From assembly GCF_009914755.1 (NCBI RefSeq), contig NC_060935.1: a stretch of 64,000 nt of DNA; one strand, written 5' to 3'. The translations under genes were made by a program, and so were the position numbers. Numbering within the stretch: the stretch's first letter is position 1; the number at the start of each line of letters is the position of its first letter. Source of the stretch: the human T2T-CHM13v2.0 reference genome, Homo sapiens. The notes below the pieces were generated by a model. The model ran no database searches. It was not told the origin of the DNA and saw nothing but the letters and a program-made list of their open reading frames with translations. Positions 1 through 13,647 of the stretch are shown piece by piece.

Positions 1-14
1 TGGCAACACCCAGT

Positions 15-495
15 TGTAGTGTACTATTTACAAAAACACAGTGATAACTTTCCTTGGTTAATCCCCTCCCACACTGACTCTGGGTCTGCCCATGCAATTT
101 CTGATGGCTGATAAGACAATAGCAAATCGGGCATACCCAACAGCCTGAACATTTCTCATGTTTTGTGGTTTGCCCTTTTTGGCTGCTCTGGTGGATCCTG
201 GGAACACCACCATGAGAAGGAGCTCAGGCTAACCTGTGGATAATGTGAGACATAGGAACAAGTCACCTTTATTGCCCCAGCAGACTTCCCCAACCACCAA
301 ATGAGGGAAGGCATCCTAGAACACATGGCCTCGTTTGAGCCACCAGCCGGTCACAGTGATCAACCAAGCCATTCCAGACAAACTGCCCAAAACTGTCCAG
401 GCACCCTACCAGCATTCATGAAAAATAAGAAATGTTTGTTGTTCAAAGCCACAGGTTGGGGGCAATTTGTTAGGCAGCAAAAGCTAACTGATACA
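15..495 (+). mobile_element. MaLR solo LTR, MLT1 family (MLT1F/G/H-like)
   Basis: Starts TGTAGT and ends with the MLT1-type 3' end 'tttgttaggcagcaaaagctaactgataca'; near 5-bp TSD ccagt/caagt. Confidence 0.7.
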
Positions 496-1774
496 CAAGT
501 TAAGATCAGTAAGTTGTAGTATTTTGTTGGGGAGAGGAGAATTGTTAGGATGACTTGAAGTTGATCCTGCTTGGATACCAAAGCCATGTAACCCAGCAAT
601 AACTTCATTATATAATAGGGAATTTAAATACTAAAGAATTAATTTAGAAAAACTTACAGGGATTATGGTTAAATTAGACAGAGTTTTATTAAATAGTTAA
701 CCTAGTCACGTATATAAATGATTGAAATATTTATAATACAGGTGTGATGCTATCTCACAAAGGGATTAGCAGATTCCTGCAGCTATGGACAACTACAGGC
801 AAAGTCTCAGAGTTGGTCCTATCTTGTACAGGTTTCTCCTGGGGCTTCATATTTGTCCCTGCAGCCTGGTCATCATCTTAGTGATAATAATGTCTCTAGA
901 GAATGTTGGCTACCAGTGCTCTGTAATATCCCTCTTAACTAATTAAAGTCAAATTTATGTTGTTTCAGCCATTTTCTTTTAAAAGCTGCCGCTGCTACTG
1001 TTATGCTGTTATTATTAGTAGTGTTTATTATGTCTTTCAGCTATTCCTCTATTTTTGCCTTTGTATATCCACACATTGCAGGGCACTGTGGGTGTGAGAC
1101 ATTTGCTTCTGTCTTGTTAGGAAAAGCAACTTTACTTTAATCTGCTGTGCTGTGTACTTGAGGCATAGCATTGATCCATGCTGGTGACAGCTTTCCCTGA
1201 CCTCCACTGACAGTGAGCTGTATGACCTTTCTGTGGGCTGTTTGCACCCACTTCTCAATCCTGCAATCTCCCTTTAGTCATCTGCCTCCTAAACTTAGGT
1301 TTTGAACTTCCTGGAATGTTAAGGGACTCTGCTCTGGCTATGCAGTTGTCCACCTCCCTAACCACATGTTCTGCTTGTGCTGACCAAATTAAGCACACTG
1401 ACTACACCCACCCCTGGCTAACTTGACCCCGTCAAGAACAGCAGAGGCCCCCGACGGCTACCCTTCTGCCCTTTCTTCTCATCTTCAGATTCAAGGATTC
1501 CTCTCATTATTATGACCCTCTGGTCAATTAATTTTGCATTCTCCTCATAGCCTACTGGGGTGGCTATGTCTCTTGCCCTGTTCATTTTGAATGAGCAGGC
1601 CCATAATAGTCCCAATAATCCTGTTGTGATGGCTAACTTTGTCCGTCAACTTGACCAGTGTGCCCAGACATCTGGTCACACATTCTAGTTGTGCCTGTGA
1701 GGGTGTTTTGTGTGGGATTAACACTTAAATTGGTGGATGGAGTGAAGCAAATGGCCCTCCCTATTGTGGGTGGG

Positions 1775-2193
1775 TGCCTTGTCAATTTTTGTGTTGCTAT
1801 GAAAGAATACCTGAGGCTGGATCATTTATAAAGAAAAGGGTCTGACTTGGTCCATGGGTCTGTAGGCTGTACAGGAAGCATGGCGCCAGCATCTGCTTCT
1901 GGTGAGGGCCTCTGGAAGCTTCCACTCATGGTGGAAGTTGAATAGAAGCTGACATGGAGAGATTATATGGCAGTAAGTGAGAGAAAGGGGTGGAAGGTGT
2001 CAGGTGCTTTTTAACAACTATAATTCTTTTGGAGACTAATATAGTGAGAAGAGAACTCAGCCATCACCAGGAAGACTGCACTAAACCTTCATGAGAGATC
2101 CTCCCCCATGACCCAAACACACCTGATCAGGCCCACCTCCAACACTGGGGATCACATTTCAACATGAAACGGTGGCATATCCAAACCATAGAA
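1775..2193 (-). mobile_element. MaLR solo LTR (MSTB-like) nested in MLT2
   Basis: 'gaatacctgaggctggatcatttataaagaaaagg...aggaagcatggcgccagcatctgcttctggtgagggcc...ccaaaccatag'; 5-bp TSD gtggg/gtagg. Confidence 0.8.
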
Positions 2194-2452
2194 GTAGGCC
2201 TCATCCAAGCCACTGAATATGGAACAAGACTGCTGAGTAAGAAGGAACTCCTCCTGCCTGATGACTTGAGCCAGGACATTGCTTTTACTCCAGCCTTCAG
2301 ATTCAGACGGAAACACTAGTCGCCTTGGGTCTTGAGCCTCCTGGCTTTTGGGCTGGAGCTACACATTGGTTCTCCTGGGTCTCCAGCTTGCTAGCTGAAG
2401 ATTTTGGGACTTCTTAGCTTGTAGAATCATGTGAGCCAATTTCTCTCTTTCT

Positions 2453-2456
<4 letters not shown>

Positions 2457-2498
<42 letters not shown>

Positions 2499-2514
2499 AC
2501 ACACACACACACAC
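2457..2514. repeat. (CA)n microsatellite with one CT interruption
   Basis: Read directly. Confidence 0.97.
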
Positions 2515-4465
2515 CCCATATTAGTTCTGCTGCTTTGGAGAACTCTAATATATATTAATTTGTAAATTGTTTGTCCCAGGAGAAAATAACAAACCTTTCT
2601 CTCATTTTTTTCTTTTTACTCTTTGAAAAGTGTCCCCCTTCTCTTACAGTTGTTGAACAAAACATAAATGGTCATGCTTAACATATATCATCCAAGTCAT
2701 AAATTCAATTTATTCTAGAAGAAACTGTCAACGAACATTCTAAAATTGTTTAATCCTTTTTCGATCCAAGATAAGTGAATTTTATTGAAATTTGACTTGA
2801 GAAGACATTAACTTGGAAATAAGTAGTCCTCTCATGAGCTATTTTATAGAATTGTAAAGAAAACAAAACTGCTTTGAGAGAAAGCGGGGAGAGGCTGAGC
2901 AGAGATGTGCATGGGTTGTGGTGAGAATGAGCCCTGTGGAGAGGAAACTTAATTGGACCTCTTATTCTAGGCTGCGATCTAGAGGAAAATGAATTTAATT
3001 CATGCTAGTTCTGTAGCAAAAACTTAGTGATGACCCTGAATTAGGCCTTGAGTGATTTAAAAATTAGAAAAACAATTTAACCTGAGAATAACAAAGAGTG
3101 GCCTATGCCATAGGCAGGATGGGCTGAGCTTCTCAGTGCCAAAGAGGCCAAGAGAAAGAGCTCCAGGCTACTGGGGGCTGAGGTGAGAAAGAAATAGACA
3201 GGAGGTTCCCAGGAGCTGTCCAGGCTCCATGCAGGATGAAAGCCATGCCAAACAGATTTGAACAACACGAGGCTGCGTCCTTGTGACTTCCTCATTTATA
3301 TACAATTCCACTCCAAGGTTCTCTGCCACTCTGCCACAATAGCACATGCTCCATTGACCGCCTGTGTTGTGCTGGAAAGGACACAGTGTGGGGAGTCAAT
3401 CCCAGAGTCCAGCTAGAGGTGGGGAGGGGACACACATTTGGAGGGAAGACTGGTCACCCAGGGCCTGGCAAACAGGTCACAGAGCTGTGTTCAAATGCCT
3501 GCAGAGGATCATTCTATATCACATTTGCCAAGAGGTGCATATCACTTCGGGGTCTGTGAACAGAAGGGCATTCCGGCAAAGAGACTCACTCTTTTGAACA
3601 CTGGTGGATTTCCTGGTCGCAGGGCAGGACAGCGAGGAGAACAATGCTTTTTTGGAACTGGACTCTCTATGCTGCGTCCTTCTGTTTTCTGCTCACATCT
3701 GCTGGTTCCTCAGCTGTCTCCTGTTTAGGTTTGATGTGGAAGTCTGGGGCATCCCACTACTAATAGATGCCAGATTGGGAGCTGCCTGCAGCCAGGAGCC
3801 TGGTTTCAAGCCTGCTCATTAATGGGTTACATCTCCAGTAGCATCTTTGTGTCTGTGTCGCAGAGAGGGCAGCCACGTGGGAAGCAAAGAGCTTTACCTT
3901 GGTGCCTCCTGGAGGTGCTTCAGGAAGAGTAGACAGGAGGGAGGCTCCAAGCTGGGAGGCAGGCAGAGCTTTCAGACCCATAGTAGGGTGAGTTGGGAGG
4001 CGGGCAGAATTTCCAGACCCACAGCATGGTGAACAGTGACAGGCATGAGTGCCCTCGGGCAGGTGCTCACTCACTGACATGCTCATCATACCTCTGACCC
4101 AGCAAAGGGTTTTGCCTTGCCCTGTTTAGTGAGCCCGTTGAGGGAGTTTCTCTTGTTGCAGTCTGGTGTGTAAGTGTATAAGAGAGAAGTATTCTGAAAG
4201 TAGAAGAGAAAAGGGGGAAAAAATCACACTTCCCGGAGCTCTTCTATAAGTAGGGAGAATTTTCCAGCTGGTATCAATGGCGAAATAAGTTAAAAGAGCT
4301 CAGATACTTAGCTAGTATGAGAAAACTAGAATTGTTCTTGTCAAGATTAGCAATAACTCCACTAAAAAAAAAAAGATCATATACATTGACTGTCTTCAGT
4401 TTATTTAATTCTTTAATATTTTGGGCATTGTCATTCACTTTCTTCTTTTTGAAACTGGTCTTCAA

Positions 4466-6900
4466 GTAAGTTTTTGACTCAAGTGTAATATATACATATA
4501 GATACAGGAAAATGCACAAATTAGAAGTGTATATATAAATTAGTTTTCATAAGGTCAGAATATGCATGGAACCACCACCAAGGAAATAAGACACTGCCAA
4601 CACCACAGGAGTCCCCTCATATCATTTCCTGTTCACCTGCCACGTCTCCAAAGGTAACTGCTAGCCCGATCTCTAACGCCATCAGTTGACTTGGCCAGTT
4701 TGAGTGCTCTACAAAAATGGGATCACATATTGTGTATTCTTTTGTTTCTGGCTTGCAGTGCTAAATAGTAGGTCTGTAGGATTCATCCATGTTTTGCATA
4801 TAGCTGTAGTTTGTTTATTCTTGTGTAGTATTTCATTCCATAGATAAAATTTAATGGAGCATTGCAGTGTTAATAGACATTTGGGTTATTTCCAATTTGT
4901 GTCTACTATGAATCCTACTTTTATGAAAACCATCATGCATATTTTTTGGTGCCTATATGCACACATTTCTTTTGGTCATCTACCTAGAAGAGAAATTTCT
5001 GGGTCATACATCTACCTTCAGTACATATTGTACATACTGCAAAATCATGTTCCAGAGTGGTTGTGACAACTTATACTCCCACAATCAGTGTATGACAGTT
5101 CCAGTTGCTCCGTCTCTTCAATGACACTTGGTATTGGTCTTTTTGATGTAAGATGTAGTCATATTTCATTATTTTAAGTCATAGTTCTGTGATTGCTAAT
5201 GAAACTAAGCACTTTATGATTATTTGGTATTTAGAGTTCTTATTTTGTGAAAGTCCTATTCAAATCTTTTTAGACAGAACTTTCAGAAAGTTAGAATTAG
5301 ATTATCTGATATCACCCAATGTTATCTAACATTTGCTCACTTTTTAAAATTAAAATTTTGCTCACTTTTTAAATCAAAATTATGTCTTTTTCTATGGATG
5401 TAAAGGCGTAATGAATATATTCTGGATATGAGTTCTTTATCAGTTATATATATTGCAAATATTTCTTTCCACTCTATGGCTTTGATTTTTACTTTTGAGT
5501 GTGTGAAAACATACATTTTTAATTTTAATACAGTCCATTTTTCTCTACGATAGTATTGTTTATATCCTTTCAAAAATTTACATAAATCAAGGTTATGTAA
5601 ATAGTGTTCTTTCTATCTCCTAGAAAATTTATTTTGTTTTCCTTTTACATTAGAAACTAAAATCCATCTGAAATTTACTTTTGTATATGACATGAAGTAG
5701 AGAGCAAAATTTTATTCTTTCCAACGTTGATATTAAATTCATTCAGCACCATTTATTGGAAAGATTATCCTTCCTTTACTCTGCCACAGTACCAACTTTT
5801 TCATAAACCAAGTGACTGTATTTATGTAGACTTATTTCTGGGCTCTCTGTCCAATCACTGCACACACTGCACTTTCTTAATTAGTGTACCTTTATAGCTG
5901 CAGTGAATGAGTCATGGTATTTAGCAAGTTAAGTCTCCTAACATTGTTCTTCTTTTTCCAGATAGCTTTGGTTATTTTTAGCCCTTTGTATTCTCATAAT
6001 GTAAGTATCAACTGGTCAATTTCCACCAAAACCTACTGCAGAGATATTGATTCATACTGCATGGAATCTATGCATTAATTAAAGAAGAATTGGCAGCTTT
6101 AAAATATTAAATCATTAAGTCACCAATAAATAACGTGGTCTATTTCACCATATATTCAGATTTTCTTTAATTTCTCTTAGTAAAAATTTATAGTTTTCTT
6201 GTATAAATATTGTACATCTTTTTGTTAAGTTTATTCCTAGTGTTTGATGGTATATAAACAATATAGTATTATAAAAATCTCATTATTGGTGGTATGTAGA
6301 AATATAACTATTTTTGTGTAATTAATCTGGTAATTATTGATTTGCTATACCTGTGTATTAATTATAATACTTGCTTTTTGTAGATCATTTTATGTTTTCT
6401 AGGCTCCTCATCATGCTACCTGTGAATAATGATGGTTTTATTTCTTTCATTCCGATTATGATGCCCTTTTTTTCCCTGCCTATTTCATAGTCTGTAATTT
6501 TCAGTACAGTCTTGAATAAAGATGGTGAGAATGGGTATCTTTGTCTTGTTCTTAGACTCATAGGAAAGTTTTCAAAATTCCATTACATGTTAGTGCCATA
6601 GTTGTTTTTTTTTTGTTGTTGTTGTTGATAATTGTCATCAAATTAAGAAAGCTCTCCTATATTTCTATTTTCGTAAGAGTTTTGTGTCATTTTATATCAT
6701 AAATGGTGTTGAATGCCATCAAGTCTTTTGCATCTAAGGAAATAATATCTTTTATTTAGTGTACAATGTGCTCAATTATATTATTTTGTTTTAGATTTGT
6801 GAAACTGATTTTGAGAAAGAAGGCATGTACTTTTATCTCTTTTATAATATTTGGGTCATGTTTTGATAAGAAAGTTATGTTGGCCTGATAAAACTAATTA
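4466..6900 (-). mobile_element. Old LINE-1 (L1M-class, L1MC/L1ME-like): 3' UTR and ORF2 remnant
   Basis: T-rich antisense L1 text ('gacatttgggttatttccaatttg', 'tatattgcaaatatttctttccactctatggc'); minus ORF 5337-5573 reads 'EWKEIFAIYITDKELISRIY', like the L1 ORF2 C-terminus. Confidence 0.85.
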
Positions 6901-7399
6901 AGTTCAATCTGCTGTGTAACACATTTATTGGGTTTATAATTTCAGAGTTTATTTTCCAGTTCAAGAATTTCTGTTAGAGATAGGTGTAGAAATTGCATTC
7001 TCCAGTGAAATTCTTCATCTTGTCATTCATTTTACTGAACATATTAATTACAACTATTTTACGTTCAGTTTTGAAAAGCCCAATCTGTATCATATGTGAC
7101 TTTTTTCTGTTACTATTTTTATTTTTATTTTGTCAATTAATATGTTTGGTATTTTAAAAAAATATCAGACATTTCATATAAATAATTAAATGGCTCTGGC
7201 TAATGTTGTCTTTCTACAGAGCAGTTTACCTTACTCTCTGACAGCCATTAGAATAGAAACAAAACACATCAATCCAATCACAAAGTGAGCTAACAAAGGC
7301 AAGGTTCCCCACTGCAAAGCCACCTCTGGGTCTTTCTTACTCCTAGGATCTAGCCCTTCAAAGATACTGACTGAGATCCAGAATATAGCAAGTGCCTCC

Positions 7400-7785
7400 A
7401 ACACATTATTAAATGAATGAATAAGTAAATGAATGTTGGTAATAAAGGAGGAGGGTAACTCTGAAAAGAACGATGAGAAAATAAACATTTCCAAGTGATA
7501 AATATGGTTCAAGAATAAAGGAGAGGAGGGATCACCCATGGTAAAAAGTTTCTAGCCTGTGAGTACTCGTACTACTGATAGCAGAGTCAGTCACTGGAAG
7601 CATAATGGAGGTATTTGGAATGAAGACAGTTCGAGGGAGGAAATAAGGCAGAATATGAGTACCATTTTCAGCTAGATAACATTGGGTGATATCAGATAAT
7701 CTAACTGCAGACTTATGGTAGATGGCTAAATATATGGGATATGAGTCAGTGCTCTGAACTGAAAGAGAGAAAGATGTCAAGTTAC
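7400..7785. mobile_element. L2 LINE remnants
   Basis: L2-type 3' end 'ttaaatgaatgaataagtaaatgaatg' followed by degenerate L2-like body. Confidence 0.45.
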
Positions 7786-8499
7786 CCCCAGCCTGAAAGT
7801 TACAGAGTGGGCCAATTTTATAAGTTTATATAGATATGCCAGCTGTTTAGAATGACATTTGTGGATATAGCAAGAGGAAATTTGGACCAAATGAAAACAA
7901 AAATTAAAACTTGAAAGTTCTGCCTTTTGAAAAGTCCAGCTATGACTTGAGTTCCCTTCTAAGTTCAAAGAGACTTTGAATGAACAAGCAGAAGATATTT
8001 GTTCATTATTCTGAGAGGAAACCCCTTAAGGGGCTGTCTTCCCTGCTTACCCTCCTGGATCCCTCAGTCCCAGGACCACTAAGCATGGTAAAAGGAAACA
8101 TTTTTTAAATAAAAGAAATCACTTTATTGCTTCCTCAGTACTCCCTACATAAGCTCTTGGGTATTTTTTTAAGGTCTTGATTAGTCCACATTCCTGATCA
8201 CCTTAATTGTTCTTATATTTGCCTTACTGCACATCTACATGTTAATCAAATACATAATTCAGTACCAGAATATGCAGTTTGGCCACAAAACTCACCTATG
8301 TGGCATGGTAAACATTGTGTTGAAAGTTATTGAACCATTTAAATTTATTTAAATTCATGATTTCCAATTGTGGGCCTTTATATTTTCTGTGGAAAATATT
8401 CTAGGTAGTCTAATGGTAGCCCAGAACCACATTTCTCTCTTTCTGAGAGTTGCTAGAGCAGGGCTCCAAGTAATTGTCGTTTCCGCTAAGACTCCAACA

Positions 8500-8700
8500 T
8501 GAATTACAGCCCCGTGTTTCAGGAGCCCTTTAGTGTCCTAGGGTTTGTAATAGATGTTTCTAATTCTCATGAAATTATTGAACAAACATCAAGGAAAGAT
8601 GTTTTACAATGTAAAGCTAATGCAGAGGGTCATTAACATTGTTATTATAGACAATCAGCATGATTTAGCCAAGACCTTTGACAAGGGTATACACCTGTCT
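8500..8700 (+). mobile_element. Probable CR1/L3-clade LINE reverse-transcriptase fossil fragment
   Basis: Collinear degenerate motifs NYSPV (8502-8516), EIIEQ, VIIDNQHDLAK and TFDKG, resembling CR1 NYRPVSL / KILEQIIK / VIxxSQHGFxK / FFDxV. Confidence 0.5.
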
Positions 8701-9068
8701 GTGAATAATAGGTCTCTGTTTATCACCCAAGCTATTAATTAGACTAAGATTAAAGATGGGGTGGGGTGCATGCTCCAAAGAGTGTCTAAATGGCCGAGAG
8801 CATGAGCTAAGAGGTTGCAGTGACTCTTTCATAGATGGGATATCAGCTGCTCCTGTTCTGCTATGGGCACAGACATAACAAGAGACCTTACGTCACCTGA
8901 ATGCCCTACCCCTAAACTCAAATTGCATCTTCTCCCAGAATTCCACATAAAGTGAACTCTTAAAGCAACTTGTATCATTTCTACTATTGTGACGTATCCT
9001 TACCAGTATTTTGGGTATTTGGATCTCCTAAATGTATGCCTTTCTCTAACATACTTCACCAGTGCTGA

Positions 9069-9477
<409 letters not shown>

Positions 9478-10179
9478 CACCTTGCAGTATTTTTTCTTAA
9501 TTAAAAAGTAAAATAATACTTCTTTAGAAGAATATAAAATAAAAAAATGTACCTTAATTAACTACCACAAGAACAAATCAAACAATACCAAAATGTTTGA
9601 TAAATGGCCAAGGAAAACACACATGAGCTATGCATTGTCTTTCTTAATTAACTTGTAACCCGTTTACCTGTCGCTCAAGACTGCTCACAGCTGGGCTTTC
9701 TATAAAGCCATCTATATACTCTGGAGCTGGGTAGCAAGCTTCCATTGTCCCCTGCTCCATCTCTTACACATGTCATTCACAGGCTGGTAGGTTCAGAGTC
9801 GGTGTCCTTGTCCCTTTTTCTTACTGCTTGTACAGCTTCTCTGTTCTCCATTATGGCTCATTATTTGAGTGGATCTTTCTTTCCATTTCTTGGTGGTTGG
9901 GTCATTATCCATATCAGTCATTGTAACCTACACTAATGCCTTTAAATTCTTACTGTATGTCAGATATTAATACATTTCCAAATGCTTTAAATGAATCGTC
10001 TAATGTAATACTCACGGGAATTTGATTCCTTGTTTTTGGATGAAGATATGGAGGCTTTGGAGGTACTACACTGACTGTCCCCACAGGAGGTTAATGGCAC
10101 AGCTGTGAGGGAGGCACACCCAGTCTTTTCTCTATTTTCCTGCTTGCAGAGAGACTGTAGTAAATCCCTCAACTTTGAT

Positions 10180-10300
10180 GTGCCTGTGAGTTTTATTACA
10201 ATGCAGATTCTGGGATCTGGGATGGGCTGAGAGTCTACATTTTTAACACACTCTGTGGGGAGGATGGCGTCACTGGTCCTGGATCACCTCTGACTGCCCA
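10180..10300. mobile_element. MER5-like hAT DNA transposon fragment
   Basis: 'atgcagattctggg...gggatgggctgagagtctacatttttaaca'. Confidence 0.55.
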
Positions 10301-10686
10301 AGGCCAAGAGGGAATTCTTTCTTTCTTCAGGAATGGGGTGGGGGGAATGGAGGGTAGGAAAATTTGCCTCACATCAACTAAAATCCGAAAGTTTCTTTCT
10401 AGTCCTACCCTATTGCATTTTCTAAATCCTTAAGGGGTAATAAATTTAGTCTTTTTTTTTTCCCCTCTCTGCCTCCGTCTCAACAGACTGCCCCTGTGGA
10501 CAGCATGGGGGAGGGCTCTGTGTGTTCCAGAGGGTCTAGCACAGCGTTGCCCCTCTGTTTTTCAGCAAACACCCCTGGAGGATGAGCTGCAATTGGGCAA
10601 GCACAGAACGTTTGATCTTCTTAGAAAGGCTCTCTATTGTTTGCTTCAAAAATGACCCAAGGCTGCCAGTTTCCCCAGTTGAGGCT

Positions 10687-11042
10687 TTAAACATATGATG
10701 TCCATTTATCTATTTTCAGTCCTTTCAAATTCCTTCTCATTCTTGTGATTTGGGACGGGGGAGAGGGCAGCACCTGAATGGCCGCTCCTCGCCATTCATT
10801 ATCCAATAGATCTCTATTAAGCCAAAGAATTTTTCTGCAATTGTTTCTTTCCTTCTCTGGATAAAGACCTCCTTTCACCCATTATGTCTCTGATCATTTC
10901 GCTGCCCTTTTCTGAAACTTCACTTTGTTGGCTCTGCTTTCTTTGAGGCAAAGATGATCAAAGCAGCTCTAAGCATGCCGGCAGTTTTTACAATAAATAG
11001 CATTTTCTGGGTTATTTTTCATTTCCATTTTAATGCAGCTCA
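10687..11042 (-). mobile_element. Ancient CR1-clade LINE ORF2 C-terminal fossil
   Basis: Minus-strand translation across frameshifts gives, in order, SCIKMEMKNNPENAI, LKESRANKVKFQKRAAK-MIRD, LIEIYWIMNGEER and SQITRMRR..LKIDKWTSYV, matching CR1 GxIxKGIENKTENII, LKKDIxxLEKVQRRATKMIRG, MIEVYKIMNGVEK and SHNTRTRG..FKTDKRKYFF. Confidence 0.8.
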
Positions 11043-11509
11043 CTCACCTTGCTGGTGCTTTAAACTGTCCCCGTGCATTCCCTATGGCTTTATATCAAAC
11101 AGAAAAGTCATTTCAGATTACATCAGAATACTTGTCCCTATCCCAAATTCACCTTAATTTTGTGATTGAAAAGATTCAGTAAATTGTGGCTCCGTAATGG
11201 TTTCCTTTTCTTTTTCCTTTTCACCTCTCTGTTGTTGTTGTTGTTGAGTTTGTTGGAAGCACAGTGATCTGCTGCCATAGCCAGGAGTAAATTTGAGTAG
11301 CATCAGGCATTTACGAATTTTTCAAGCTTCATCAAATCGTAGACATTTCCCTTGACAAAACAGTGCTTCTGGAGCTTGTGACACTTCTCACTTTCTGGGT
11401 CTTCCAGACGGATAATGAATCACCTACCAGTTGCATCTGTGTCTGCTTTTTCAACTCCAGCTTACTCCTACTACTACTGCAACTATTTGCCAGGTAAGAG
11501 CAGTTTGTA

Positions 11510-11745
11510 TTAATGGCTAAAATTCACTGAGCACTTACTATGTGCCAGGCATATTTTAAGAACGTTACGTGTGTTAACTCATTTAGTCCTGTCTATGACA
11601 CTTTGATAGGTTCAATTATTATCCCATTTTACAGATAAAAAAATTAAGGTGCACAGAGCACTTGACTATGGCCATATAGCTAGTAAGTGGAAGAGGCAGG
11701 ATTCAACCCAGTCACTCTGGTTCCAGAGCCTGAACTTTTGAAAAC
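11510..11745 (-). mobile_element. MIR SINE
   Basis: 'gagcacttactatgtgccaggc...atcccattttacagat...ctagtaagtggaagaggcaggattcaaccc'. Confidence 0.85.
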
Positions 11746-13234
11746 CAATCACCTTCTTACTATGCAATAGGCAAGCATTCAATGCTTTCTATGCTTTTCT
11801 ATGCCTTACCTAAATTTCAGTGATAGTATGCCCTATTTGAAGAACTTCATGTTTCTATCTCTCATCCAAATGAAACGATATCTCAGTCTGTTACAAAGAC
11901 CTTACTAATAAAGGAGTAAGCAAAGGTCAGAGCCTCCAGCTACAAATCATTGAGGCAATGCCATGCTTGTCACATTGGATATTAAAGGGTTTGCCCATAG
12001 TAGACACTGAGCACTTTGAGGACGGGGCCATGCTTTCTTCATCTATATATCAAATCTGTACTAGTCTCTGAGGAAGGTTTAAACGCAATTCTTTCAATGG
12101 TCCAGGGATTGATTCAAAGCCACGTAGTATCTGAGAGGAGTGAGTGTGGAAGGCTGGGTGTGGAGCTCCTAATTGAACTACTTCCTTTATTGCAAGGGCT
12201 CTGGAAGGTGGTTCCACATTCATCTTGTTTTTTCTAAATTCTTTTTCTTCTCCCTGCACTTTGAACAATCCTTTCCCTGCTTGTGCCTGCAAATTTTGTA
12301 GCTTCCTCTGATCAAACGTTGTTGTCTTTAGAAGAGAGAAAGGGAGATTCTGGTTTTGATGTAACTGTTGACTGTACAGAACTGAGGGGCTGAGCTCATT
12401 TTCCCCCAAAGTTCCTCTTATGCCTGTAATTCAATACACTGTCACTGTAAGGATTCAAAGACCCCCATTTGTTCCATCCAGGAAATCAATTCCATTGACT
12501 GTTTTTTGTGAGCTAGCACCCTCGCCTCAGAGAGGTCCTCCTCACACTGCTTTTATATTCTGCAGCTCTTGCGGGTGGCAGGGAAGGGTAGAGGACCCAA
12601 ATAATGCACCTCAAATTCTTGGTGGGCGTGGGATTCATCAAGACATCTCAGTTTCCCCATCATGCCCCAGGCATGTCCCTCAGTGTTCAGAGAGGACAAT
12701 ACTTACCTTGCAAAGCTGTCGGTTAGTGAGCCTGCTCCAGTACAATGCCAAACGCAATGCCCAAGCATAATAATCAATTTTGAAAGTGTTGAAATCCTTT
12801 CTTGCTGTTCCCTTACTTTTCTCTCCCATCTCTATTTCCTGTTGACTCTATACTCCGAGCAGAGAGAATGAAAGTTGTTATGCTAGTGTACAGAAAGCAA
12901 AACTGAGGCAGAGAAAGACTGGCCTTTGGTATGATTTCATAACAGTTCAAAGCACAGGCCTAGCACTTGGCTCGGTGACAATTGATCAGAGCTGCCTTTA
13001 CTCTCAGTCAAGGACATTCACTCTCCATTGTGGGGAGTTGAGTTCCAGAAATCTAAATGCAAATATAAAATCATATCAAAGAGTGTTTAATATAACATAG
13101 TAACAATAATAATGACACTTGCATTCATGTAGGGCTTTCATTGACTGACCATGCTGTACAAAGTATATTTGTAGATCACCTTCTTCCAAACTCACATCAA
13201 CAGAGTGCTATTTCATTGGTGCAGTACAAAGTTA

Positions 13235-13647
13235 AATCAGCAGGAAATCTTTCAGTGACAGGTAACAGAGGTTCATTTTATGTTTTATTATAACAAAGAT
13301 GTGCTGGTTGGTAGTGGCTTATGTAGATTTAGCAGCTTAATAATGTCAGGGCTCAAGGTCAGTATGTCTGCAATGCTAGTGACCTTTTCATGGTCATAAA
13401 ATGGCTGCAGCAGTGCCAGAAATCATGTCCTGCATTCCAGTTAGGAAGCATGGCACAGAGTATTCTTCTCTCAGGGAGGAAAACCCTTCCTATTTCCATC
13501 TTATTGCCTAAAATAGGATTAATGGGCTGAGCTATGTTTCCTAAGATCAAAAGATCCCCTCTGACTCCTAAATAAATATGGGGCAAAATTCTGCCTGTTA
13601 GCAAGAAGAACCAGGTTTTGGGGAGGCAATTAGCAGTACCTGACACA
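13235..13647 (-). mobile_element. Old MaLR LTR (MLT1K/L-like)
   Basis: 'tttcagtgacaggtaacaga...aaaatggctgcagcagtgccag...ctgttagcaagaagaa...ggggaggcaattagcagtacctgacaca'. Confidence 0.6.

Larger units (their letters stand above)
1625..2552 (+). mobile_element. ERVL solo LTR, MLT2 family, interrupted by an MST LTR and a (CA)n tract
   Basis: MLT2-type start 'tgtgatggctaactttgtccgtcaacttgac' and end 'tattagttctgctgctttggagaactctaata'; split at 1774/2194. Confidence 0.8.

Noticed and set aside
12050-12770. 119-aa and 116-aa ORFs in unique sequence
   Set aside because: No recognisable domain, no convincing splice or promoter context, and lengths are within chance expectation for 64 kb.
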